The notes beneath the pieces are model-generated. The model had not been told where the DNA came from, did not search any database, and saw only the letters and a program-made list of their open reading frames with translations. This document shows, piece by piece, positions 1 to 10,504 of a stretch of DNA of 64,000 nucleotides (positions are counted from its first letter, which is position 1; each line of letters begins with the position of its first letter). The position numbers and the translations under genes were made by a program. This DNA comes from Vicugna vicugna (taxonomy: Eukaryota), in assembly GCA_013265495.1 (NCBI GenBank), contig MU058384.1, positions 3,137,010 through 3,201,009 on the forward strand. The letters are read 5' to 3'.

Positions 1-1073
1 TGAGCAGGGAGACGCTGGCAGCCTTCTCTTGGAAAGAGGCCTCTGTCCTGTGTAGGAAGCACCCCACCTCCCCGGAGACTGGAACAGGCAGGATAGAAGC
101 TGGGACTGTGGCTCCTCCCTGAAAAGTGATGGAAAACTGGGTGGGGGCCTGTATGTGCATAAGAACATTGTGCAAAATTTTATATAAAATTGTAGAAAAA
201 GCATATATGAAATCATACAAATGAAAATTATACATAATAGATATAATTGTATATATTTTTATATAATCTATATATATGATTTTATGTACACATATGAAAA
301 TTGTATTTGTTTACGTCCAAGTCAGATCTTCTGACCTCTAGCCAAAAATATGAGCACACATGCACGCACACACACACTACACACTGACGTGTAGATGCTC
401 ACACCCACGCCCACGACATTTCATTCATTGCTCAGGACGGATAACAACGGTCACTTGGGAGCTGAACTCGCTGTCCAGGGAAATGACCGTGGTCCTTTGG
501 AAGACAGGCATTTTCAGACACAGTCAAGGAATCCCAGCACTTCCCTTTCTCAAGTAAAGACAAGCCTCAAGATGGGAGGCTGCCTAAAGGACATTGGGCG
601 AAAACTTCAAGGCAGTTCTTGTTCCGTTAGTGACCCTGCAGGTGTTCCCACCCCTTGAAAACAGGTGCAGAAAAGTCATTTTGTTAGCAAATGCTGATCA
701 GTTGGAAAACCTTTTTTTTTTCCAAACCATAGACACAATAGGAGAACAGGACATGTTTTCCTGTTCATGGTTGCAGTGTTATCTGTGTTGGGAGGATGGC
801 TCTGGCTGCTACATTTTGCAGGTTGTACAATCTAGAAACCTCACGGCTCCAGGGTCACACTTTACTGACACTTGTCCTTCCTCATCACTGGGGATGCCCT
901 TCACGAGGTAGGGTGAGCTGCTTTCTATGATATGAGTTTTTAAGTAAATATGAGATTGTTAAACTAAATGTGAGCTTATTTGGGCTCTAAGTGATGGAAT
1001 GGATATAAACAAACCAAAAGTAGGTATTTTTTTGTTTTGTTTTGCTTGTTCAAACTACGTCAAACTTCTAATG

Positions 1074-1269
1074 CAGTGGTGTTTGGAGCTGGCATGAACC
1101 GGCTTGCAATAGCCTCTCATTGGCAAGTCTTCCCAAGTCAATTTGGTAACTTGGAGTCAGCCATGGAGCAAGTGTTACATGACAGAAATCAGCAGGTACA
1201 AAAAAAAAAAAAAATCAGGTTTTTTTTCCCCTAGAGGGCCTGTTGTTAAAAATTACCAACACTCCACTG
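1074..1269. mobile_element. hAT MITE, MER63A-like
   Basis: Terminal inverted repeats CAGTGGTGTTTGG ... CCAACACTCCACTG; interior resembles recalled MER63 consensus. Confidence 0.7.
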
Positions 1270-2748
1270 CTGTAAGATAAAGGGACAATTGTTCTCTTAT
1301 TATTAAAAACTTTTTCTGCACTAAAATGGTGAAATGTATTTGTTTGGGGGCTTACTAATGAGAACCCTATCTTAAGAGAAGGACTGATAAATATATTTGG
1401 TTCTGTTCGGATCTTTGAAAAACTTTAACTGGATAATATTAGTTAGATAAAATTCTATTAATTGGTAAAAGAAATTTTTCTCGTGTTTAAGGTATTCCCT
1501 CTGCGAATTGCTCTGTTAAAGTTTACAGGTCATTAACTGGCTGACAGCTGATTTCATACGTATGCATACAGGTGGTTTGTGGCAAAGTGTAAGTAGCAGT
1601 ATATCAGCTGACAGCTTAGTGACATCAAAGAATCAGGGGAACTTCTAAGAACCTGCAGTTACACCCAGGAAGCAACAAAGGCACTGAGAAGACCTGAATT
1701 AGGAGTAAATGGGCCACATTTTTAAAAAATCAAAGCACAGATCCTTCTAAAAGACATTAAATATATATCTAGCACAAGATTAGAAGTCTGGAAATAAGTC
1801 TTCAGTTGACTCTGGGGATCTTTGGTACCCCAAAACACTGATTTCACTTGCCACTTAGCTGTGGTAAATAGTGACTGACATCACAATTAGAAAAATAAAA
1901 CTTGATAAACAACAAGGTCCTAAAAAAAGAAAAAGAAAAAGAAAAGAAAATGAAAATTTAACTCTTCATAATTTAGAAAGAGGTGGTCTATATCTGCATA
2001 ATGAGATGTGCAAAATCGTCCGTTTTTACATTAAAATGTAGATAAACCATGAAACTGTTTAAGAAACTTAGATACTTGGATAGACATATTCCATTACCTA
2101 ATAATATGCAGTTAAAAAAACAAGAGTTTTGGAATATGTCTACCCAAGTGTCTGAAAGTATTAGCTTCAATACTATATCAAATTGAAAACTTCTACTCCT
2201 GGTGGAACAAGGTCTGTGTAGTAGTGATAAAACGAGGACCAAGAGCTTCAGATCTTCACAATTACAAAGCATGTAAGGATGTTCAAGTGGTTTTGCAGGA
2301 ACCTCCGTCATCCCATGGACAGCCAGGATGGATGTGGTTAGTTTCAGCAGCTCGGTTGGTGGGCCTCTTTGTTCATCACCTTCCAGGCCCTCAGATAACC
2401 GTCCACCCCATCAAAAAGACAACTTCCTGGGTAGAGGTGGTCTGGTCTCAGGTCAGGAGTAACAGAAGAGCTGTATTCTCTATAGCAGAGTTCAAGGCCC
2501 CGTGGGAGAGGAATGCAGGGAAGTTCTACTTCCAAATGTGACTTTTTTTTTTGACAAATGTGTAAAGTAATTGTATCTTTAGTGTGGGCATCTTGAAAGA
2601 TATTCTCTGATTTGAATATATTCATAGTAAAACTTTAACAGTGAAAAATTCTGATTAATTATATTAATTCCAATGTAATGTAAAAATTTTGACACAAGTT
2701 TTTTTGTACTTTGTTCATTGTACACAGTCATTAAAACTTATCTTTTTA

Positions 2749-2935
2749 CTAACTACTATATCTAAAATAGATAAACAACGAGGTCCTACTGTATTGCACA
2801 GGGAACTATTCAATACCTTGTAATGGCCTGTAATGAAAAAGAATATGAAAAGGAATACATATATATAACTGAATCACTATACTGTACACCAGAAATTAAT
2901 ACAACATTGTAAACTGACTATACTTCAATAAAAAA
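2749..2935 (+). mobile_element. 5'-truncated L1 3' end (cetartiodactyl type)
   Basis: AAATAGATAAACAACGAGGTCCTACTGTA...ACATTGTAAACTGACTATACTTCAATAAAAAA; aligns by eye with the L1 ends at 23.2-23.6, 39.0-39.25 and 49.9-50.07 kb. Confidence 0.92.
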
Positions 2936-3469
2936 TCTCTTCTAACCATTTAGATAGCATATTAAAATATTCATTTCATAATGATAAGTAGAAAAGTCAA
3001 GCTATATTACTAACTAGGCTGATTCTAATTATGGAAAACGTGAGTGTATATATTATGTTACATATACACATAAATCAAGAAAGAAAAGGTATTAAAATAT
3101 ATCAAGTATATCAAAACAAGCTAACATTAAGGTGTGGAATTATGGAGTTTTTTCTTTTTGTCTGTTTCCTAAGTTTTCTAGGATTGACAAGCATTACACA
3201 TAAGAAAAAAATAAAGTTATTAAAGTCACTTCATTTTCTACTCAGTATAAATGCTGACATGTTAGAGAATATACATAGTGTAGGATTAACACAGATGGAA
3301 CAGTCAAAATGGGACCTTGTGACATACTAGTAAGTGTCCAGAATTGATCGTGTGACAAAGATAAAGCTCCATTTGGAAAGACCATGCTAAACAGAAACAC
3401 TGAATTACTGTGTTTCCTTATGAGCCTGGACGGGACTTCAAAAAAACTACTTAGGAATCATTTGTGTTG

Positions 3470-3600
3470 GCTAACATTTGTGCAGTGTTTTCGTGCTTGG
3501 CAAGAACTTTGCTTTTAACTTCAGTTTATTGAATTCTCACAAAAACTCAGTGAGCTGGGTATGAGTGTCCTCATTTACAGGTGAATGAAGTTCATAGCTC
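3470..3600 (-). mobile_element. MIR SINE fragment
   Basis: Degenerate MIR core (ATTCTCACAAAAACTCAGTGAG...CTCATTTACAGGTGA). Confidence 0.6.
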
Positions 3601-6600
3601 TTTCTGATACCAGCACTGCCAAGACAGTTCCAAGACCCACATGATTCGTGGACATGGCTGAACAAAAAGAAATTATGTTATACCTTGTCCATCATGAGGA
3701 CTGTATAGATTCAAAGAATATTGATCTTTCTGCTTGTTTTGAGATGCATGTTGAGTTCACATAAGAGAATATCTACATTGTTATATTACCTGTGATTTTC
3801 TTCTAAGAAAAAGAAATACAAAGTAAGCCTTCCAGTGCCAATCCAGTTTTGACAGGAGGACATTATAGCACGTTATAAGCTCCAGGACATCGCACATCTT
3901 TAAACATATAACTTTAAGCTAGAAACCTGGGTGTTTGTTTTGTTTTGTCTTGATAATTGTATAAATGTTTTGGTGTGTTCATGAGAAATGGGAGGCGTCA
4001 CAATAAAAAGAAAGTGAAGAAATCGGGAGCCAACTGATCCCCATGTTTTTAGTTTCCTCTGTCCGCTGGAGCCTTCATTTAAAAGTTTACATCTTTTAGT
4101 GGAAAAATTAATTTCTCTTTCACAAGTTCCACTCACATTTTGTTGCTAATAAAACCAAGGATGTAAATACTATTAAGTACAAAACAGCCTGCTGCATAAT
4201 TGTTTCAAAGCAATTACAGATTATACCGAGCCATTCGTGGAGTAGAAACAGTTTTTTCCAAGACACCAGCTCCCTGTACCTTGAAATTTTATTAGTCTAA
4301 GAATTTCATGCACCATATGTTAGAATATGAGACTAGCTGCAATTGAACAAACAACTTTCTGATATATAAGTGAATGATAACCTGATTTTAAATGTGTTTA
4401 TCTAATGAGATAGTAACTGTAATTTACAACACATATAAAAACCCCCACTGTTACTCCTGGTGCACCTTTTGGCTAAAAGGGGGTGATGCAGGGAGATATG
4501 CTAATGACGATCATCTTGGTTTTTACCAAGTCAGTAATAAAATTTGCATTTGATATTGTGCACAGTAAACTGGGTTATTAGCCTTGAAAATGAGTCTCAT
4601 AAAATTTAAATATAGGCTTAAATCATATTAACTGTCCTGTAGGTTTTCTGAGAGGCTTTAAAGCATTGTGTTTGCCTCCATAGTGTAGGGAATGCAGATG
4701 TTTGCGTGCCTTCAAGGGGGCCCCCAAAAGGGTACAAATGAGAGCTTGAGAGACGCACTAGAAAAGCATCCACAGTTGTGCTTTCTCCTTCGAGGACCTG
4801 GCCCAAGTCAAGAACCTGTAGATCAAAGAGGCTGGGGAAGGAGGGTCTTTCCAGAGAAGTCTTCTAAGGAGTTTGTGGCTAACGATTTAGCCAGGCTGGC
4901 CAACCAACCCCTGTGCAAGGACTGCTTAGACCATCAACAGCAGGACTTTGAAACTCCCATGGTTTGACAGTGCAGGAAAGTTGACAGTTGTGAAATGCCT
5001 CTTCTTGTCCTTGAGGTAGAGATCAGTTGCCAATTAAATCCTGAAGGGTCGAGTGGTTGCACTTTCTCCAGTAACTTCCAGTTTCAGTGTCCTGCTTCTC
5101 AGTCTGCACTAAATCATAGGCATTTATTGTTATGAGAAGAAATACATTTGAGGATGCAGACATTTCGTTGCTGACTCCCTGATTGAATTAGATGTGCTCG
5201 CCTGGCCTCCTGGGCGTATGTTGCTAAGTAGCCTCATAGGGCCCCACCAACAATCTGAGGGCAGTACTCCACCCCTGAGCCAAGCCTCAGTCCCACCCAC
5301 CACTGACTCTTTCTACCCAGCCAAGGCATGAGGAACCCCTTGGGTGTGTAATCAACCAAGGCCAAGGCTGATGCCCAGGGGTACAGGTGACCCTCCACTT
5401 CTAACTCCAAGACTTTCATCTAGAGACTACCAAGACTAATTCTTTCACATTTTTCTACCCAGCCAAATTAGCCATGCTTTACATACATTTCTGTTTTCCT
5501 TGCTCACTACCCAAGATCTAAGCTCCTCAGATGTCAATCTCCTCCTGCCTATATCCCCTTCCTTTCTCCTGAGTCAACTTCCTTCTCTTCTCTTCTCTCC
5601 CCAGATCTTCCATTCTGCCCTGTGGAACTCTTGTTCCAACAGAAACAAATTCATATTTATCCTTCAGTTCTTCACTGAATGCCCACTCTGCTCTCTTGCC
5701 TTAAAAGAACCCTGGGTCACCCCAGGGAATAGTGCTTCTCCTGCTACCCTCTTCAGGAGAAGCTACGTCTCTCTCTCCATTTCATATGCTGCAAGGGTGG
5801 TGGGAGGTTGGCCATCCTTCCTACTCAGCACTGCCCACATAGACCACGGATCTTCCATCTTGGTGTGAAAATCATTGCTTGAAGGAGCTGTCTGTCTCAC
5901 GCTTCCTTACCCATCCTTTTGCTGATACCTGCTCTTCCTCTCCTTTACGCTAAATGCTTTAGCTCTGGTTTAAAACTTTCTTCTCCACCTCTGTGTTTAT
6001 GACGAAGGCTCATCCAAAGCCCCAACTTCTCAATATTTTGTTCTTCTAAGTTCTAATGACTCACATCCTCTATTCACAAACTTCATGCCCACACTCCCAT
6101 GGCCACAGCATGTGTCCTTGTAATCTCCCAGAATGGCTCAGTCTCTAAATTAACAGTTCAGAAAAATCCACACTCTCCTGACCTATGTCCTGATCTGTCA
6201 CTCCATTAGGACCTCTAGTCCTCTGCCCCATCATATTTCCCCCATCTAGCTGCCCTTTCTGTCTTGACTGTTTTCTTAACATTCTATAGCATGCTAACTC
6301 AACCACCTCAACTGAAACTTCTTTTGCCAGGATCATTAATTAACTACACATTACTAATGCCATAGGAAAATTTCCCACGTATTTCTAACTTCTCTACTTA
6401 GTAGCATGTGTCTCTATTGGGCCCTCTGGCTTCACCATGTCCTCTTCTCTTAAATGCAGCACTGCCTCATAGCTGCCCCAGCTGTTCAGTCTGAGGCTCT
6501 TTGGGATTCCACTTTCTCTTCCTTCCCTTAAACGTTGGTGCCCCTCAGGATTTAGTCCCAGGATGTCTCATGTCTTCTGATTCTCAAAACTGCCCCTGAG

Positions 6601-6689
6601 TGTGCTCAATTCATTCTCAAAGCCTTAAGTAAAGTCCACATGCTGATAACTCACAAAGATTTCCTCAGTTACATGTACAATTTTCCAAA

Positions 6690-6850
6690 TTGAGCAAGTT
6701 ACTTAACTTCTTTATGCCTCAGCTTCTCATTTATAAAATGGGGAGAATAAAAAAAAACTGCCTCTAGATTTGTTTTGAGGAAAAAAAAGTCAGTTAATTC
6801 AAGTAAGCACTTAGAACAGTGCTTGGTGGTCGATAAGACCTAGGTAAATA
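6690..6850 (+). mobile_element. MIR SINE
   Basis: TTGAGCAAGTTACTTAACTTCTTTATGCCTCAGCTTCTCATTTATAAAATGGG core, then AAGCACTTAGAACAGTGC tail. Confidence 0.85.
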
Positions 6851-6898
6851 TTTCCTACCATCATAACTATAATTATCATTATTATAGGACATATCTCC

Positions 6899-7064
6899 TT
6901 TTTAAAAAAAATTTATGCATGTCCTTTTATTTATTTATTTAGGTGGGGGAATTTAATTAAGTTTGTACACTTCTCTTTTCTTAGGGGGGTGCTAGGGATT
7001 GAACCCAGGACCTCATGCATGCTAAGCATGTGCTCTACCACTTGAGCTATACTCTCCTTCCCCC
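6899..7064 (-). mobile_element. tRNA-derived SINE (camelid vic-1-like)
   Basis: Reverse complement reads GTATAGCTCAAGTGGTAGAGCACATGCTTAGCATGCATGAGGTCCTGGGTTCAATCCC (A and B boxes); AT-rich tail; imperfect TSD AGGACAT(A/C)TC. Confidence 0.9.
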
Positions 7065-7585
7065 AGGACATCTCTTCTTCATTGCCTCATAGGAGCCTTA
7101 AACTTAGTACATGGAAAAGTGAAAATTATTACCAGTTAACCTCTGATAAGCTTTCTCCTGCTGAGTATCCTAGCTCAGTGAACATCAATATTATTTACTC
7201 AAACCAGAAATAATTCATTTCTCTTTCCTATTAGTCCATATATTTGATCAGTCACCAAGTCTCATAAATTATGCTTCATTTCAGATCCATTCTCTATTTC
7301 CTAAACTAACTGCTAGTTCCACAAATCAAGGCTCTATCATGCCTGGATCCCTACAGTAGCCTAACAGCTCATCTCCTGACCTGTCCAGCACGTTGCCCAC
7401 ACAGTATATTTCCTGAGTCATCTTCCAAGGTCCAAAAATAAAATACCACCTCTATTGTGTAGGTCCTTTTAATGGTCTCCCATTACCCTCAGGATAGACT
7501 CTATACTCTTTAGCCCATTTTTAAGGCCATTTGTAACATGCATCACGTATCCTCTCACATCTACACTAAGCCCTTTCACTCTGCT

Positions 7586-7815
7586 AGGGGCCCGCAGGCC
7601 AAATCTAGCCCACCGACTGTTTTGTATGGCTTATCAACTAAAAATTGTTTTTACATTTATATTTTACATAAATATAAAATATAAAAGTTATAAAAGCAAG
7701 ATGATTAGCTTTCAGCAAGAACAGTTGCTTAAAGAGTGTAGGACATTACCTCTAGGTCCGCATACTCAAAATATTAACTATCTGGTCCTTAACAGGAAGT
7801 GTTTTCTAACCCTTG
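7586..7815. mobile_element. hAT-Charlie MITE, MER58B-like
   Basis: GGCCCGCAGGCCAAATCTAGCCCACC...AAAATATTAACTATCTGGTCCTTAACAGGAAG...ACCCTTG. Confidence 0.75.
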
Positions 7816-7987
7816 CTCTCTGCTCTGTTCACTAAATTTCTCTCAGTTCCTCAACTCTCCAGGATCTTTGCTTATGCTCTCCTCTCTGTTCTTATTCTGA
7901 GACCTACCTCATGTTCATCCCTCAAATATTAGCTTACATATTATCAGGCAGACTTCCTGATTCTGTAAATCAAAGTTAAGTACCCAC

Positions 7988-8510
7988 TTCCTTAGTTAAG
8001 TTTCCTAAGTATTTTATTCTTTTTGGTGTTAGTGTAAATGGGATTGTTTTCCTAATTTTGTTTTCAGATAGTTTTTTATTAGTGTATAGACAGGCAACTA
8101 ATTTTCATGTATTGATTGAATATTCTGCAAGTTTACTGAATTTGTTTATTAATTCTAACAGTTTTTTATGATGTTTTTAGGGTTTTCTGTATATAAAATC
8201 ATATTGTCTGCAAACAAGAGTAATTGTACTCCTTCCTTCTCAATCTGGATGCCTTTTATTTCTTTTTCTTGCCTAATTACTCTGGCTAAAAAGTCTAGTG
8301 TTATGTTGAATAAAAGTGGTAAGAGTGAACATTCCTGCTTTCCCCTGATCTTAGAGGAAAAGCTTCCAGTTTTTCACCACTGAGTATGATGCTAGCTGTG
8401 GGCTTTTCATATATGACTATCATTATATTGAGGTAATTTTCTTCTATGCTTAGTTTGCTGAGACTCTTTATCATGAAAATTTGTTGAATTTGTCAAATGC
8501 TTTTTCTGCA
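7988..8510 (-). mobile_element. L1 ORF2 (RT region) fragment, inverted relative to the adjacent L1 3' end
   Basis: Minus strand begins TGCAGAAAAAGCATTTGACAAA (AEKAFDK motif) and ends near the YLG..LTK region. Confidence 0.9.
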
Positions 8511-8990
8511 CTGTGGAAACCAGTATGGAGTGTCCTAAAAAAATAGAAAATAGAACTGTCACATGATCCAGTAACCCCACTTCTGGGCATTTATCCAAAA
8601 GAATGGAAATCAAGATCTCAAAAAGATATTAACACTCTTATGTTCATTGAAGCACTATACACAACAGTGAAGATGTGGAAACACTTAAATGTCCATCAAC
8701 AGATGAATGAATAAAGAAAATGTGATATATACACATGGAATACTATATAGTTTTTGAAAAGAAGGAGAATATGCAATATGTGACAACATGGAGGACATTA
8801 CGCTAAGTGAATGACCCTACTATATACATGAGGTATCTAAAAATAATCAAATTCATAGACTGAAAGAGTAGAATGGTTGTTACCAGGAACTAGGGAAGGG
8901 AGAAATGGAAAGTCACTAACCAGTGTGCATAAAGTTTCATTTGAGCAAAATGAATAGACTGCAGGCTCTAGAGATCTGTTGTACCCATTC
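8511..8990 (+). mobile_element. L1 (L1MA/MB-like) ORF2 end and 3'UTR
   Basis: CTGTGGAAACCAGTATGGAG...ATGATCCAGTAACCCCACTTCTGGG...TGTCCATCAACAGATGAATG. Confidence 0.9.
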
Positions 8991-9139
8991 TAAATGTTCC
9001 CAGCAACCTTTTAAGTTTTTTCTCCACCAGCATTTACTATGTAGGGGACACTGTTCATTCTGCAGCAACTAGAGCAATGCAAGTCACAAACAGGCATTCA
9101 GTTAGCACTTTTTCACTGAACTAATTTAAAGAACAGTTT

Positions 9140-9292
9140 GGGGGGAGGGTATAGCTCAGTTGTAGAGCATATGCTTAACATGCACAGGGTCCTGGGTTCA
9201 ATCTCCCAGTACCTCCATTAAAAAAATAAGTAAATAAAAAATAAGGCTAATTTCCTCTCCTCAAAAAAAAGAAAAGAAAAGAAAAGAAAAGA
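9140..9292 (+). mobile_element. tRNA-derived SINE (camelid vic-1-like)
   Basis: GGGGGAGGGTATAGCTCAGTTGTAGAGCATATGCTTAACATGCACAGGGTCCTGGGTTCAATC; A/GAAAA tail; TSD AAAGAA(T)CAGTT at 9128-9138 and 9293-9304. Confidence 0.93.
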
Positions 9293-10014
9293 AAAGAATC
9301 AGTTCATACATTTCTCTATCATAACAAAGAACACTTTGCGCTGTAGTTGTGTATTGTCTGCTACATCAAAAATGTGAGTTCCTAGATTGTGTGCTTTATC
9401 CCTAATACCTAACACAGTCATCACACAGACTAAATACTAAAAACTGTTGTAAACAACAGTTAAGAGTCCTTAATAACAATAAAGGAGCTCCTTAACCAAT
9501 CTTGCCTGCTGTGGAAGCCCAAAGGGTCACAAGGGCTTACTGTAATTGTGTTCATAGAAATGGATTAGAATTCACAAATCACGTCTTCCATGTTCTTCTT
9601 TCAGCCACTCTTTCTGCAATTCCACTGCCTACCAACAGGTGTCAGTGGAGACTTTTTAGGTCATCTGTAGGTTCAGGCTGAATAACTAAGGGGCAAGATT
9701 AAAAATTAGGTCCAGACTATTTTTCCATTTTTTCAGTAAAATCAGAGTAATTTACAGAATAGTATAAATATTCACCAAATATTAATTAACTTAGTTCACA
9801 CATTGCCTTATTAAAACACCTCATCAGAATAATAAAAGGAAAAAAGAACAAGTTGCACAGAGATTTATGCCACTTCCTGTTTAATCAACTGTTATGGATC
9901 AACACTTCCTTTCTCTCTAGATCTCCTTTCCAGCTAGGGGAGCTGTTCCAGAGTTATAATCATATCTCACTGCTTTTTAGGTCCCTGTACCCTGCTTTTT
10001 TCTGATTTTGCCAA

Positions 10015-10134
10015 CTAACTTCTAGGTCTTTCCTCATAAATGACAAAATAGAAAAGAAAACCAAAATAGATGACTGCAGTTTTTCTCTCCTCTCTGTATG
10101 AATTGAGCCAAAACCTTGTGACAGATTCCTTCAT
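10015..10134 (-). CDS. Candidate 39-aa small ORF (MKESVTRFWLNSYREERKTAVIYFGFLFYFVIYEERPRS), unverified
   Basis: ATG 27 nt after a strong acceptor (10162); upstream donor at 10267 and TATA box at 10422-10429; weak Kozak context; no homologue recognised. Confidence 0.2.
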   Translation of the reverse strand: MKESVTRFWLNSYREERKTAVIYFGFLFYFVIYEERPRS

Positions 10135-10399
10135 TCAGGCTACAGTTTCTACAGGATCAGGCTGGAGAAGAAAGGAGAAAAGAGAACTCAACACTTCCTA
10201 GGAGGCCATAGTAAGAGTGATGTTCAACACTGCCACAATCCATAGCACTGCACTGTGTCTTCCTTACCTAGACCCTCTAAGTTTGCAGAAGGAATCTGCT
10301 TGTTTCAAATGATAAACTCTGCTTTTTGGAAGTTGATTGTTTAATGGCCCTCCTTTCTACATAAGCCAGCAGCCCACTGTAATGAAGAGCACTCAGAAG

Positions 10400-10469
10400 T
10401 CAGCCCTTATCAGGCACCAGCTTTATATACCCACCCAGAACAATACCACCTGTAGTCCCTGCTTGTGTG

Positions 10470-10501
<32 letters not shown>
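10400..10501 (-). promoter_or_regulatory. Candidate TATA core promoter
   Basis: Minus strand reads (CA)15-CCCCACAC...CAGGTG...GGGTATATAAAG...TGATAA: CACCC box, E-box, TATA box and GATA site. Confidence 0.35.
10472..10501. repeat. (GT)15 microsatellite
   Basis: Read directly. Confidence 0.98.

Positions 10502-10504
<3 letters not shown>

Larger units (their letters stand above)
5560..7960 (+). mobile_element. Long L2 LINE fossil, interrupted by MIR, SINE and MER58-like inserts
   Basis: ORF 5500-5868 translates to ALWNSCS..NK...LALKEPW.., resembling the L2/CR1-clade AP-endonuclease motifs (ALWNARS..NK, LALTETW); pyrimidine-rich L2 body continues downstream. Confidence 0.75.

Noticed and set aside
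2224..2625. Overlapping ORFs in a GC-elevated patch, considered as a processed pseudogene
   Set aside because: No recognisable protein, properly placed poly(A) or TSD
4690..5400. Possible old LTR, and a 15-bp direct repeat TTTCTACCCAGCCAA (5310 and 5452)
   Set aside because: Could not assign a family or termini; the repeat does not fit L1 TSD geometry
9140..9215. tRNA-like sequences here and at 6985-7060 and 61825-61899
   Set aside because: A-rich tails, TSDs and broken stems mark them as SINEs, not tRNA genes
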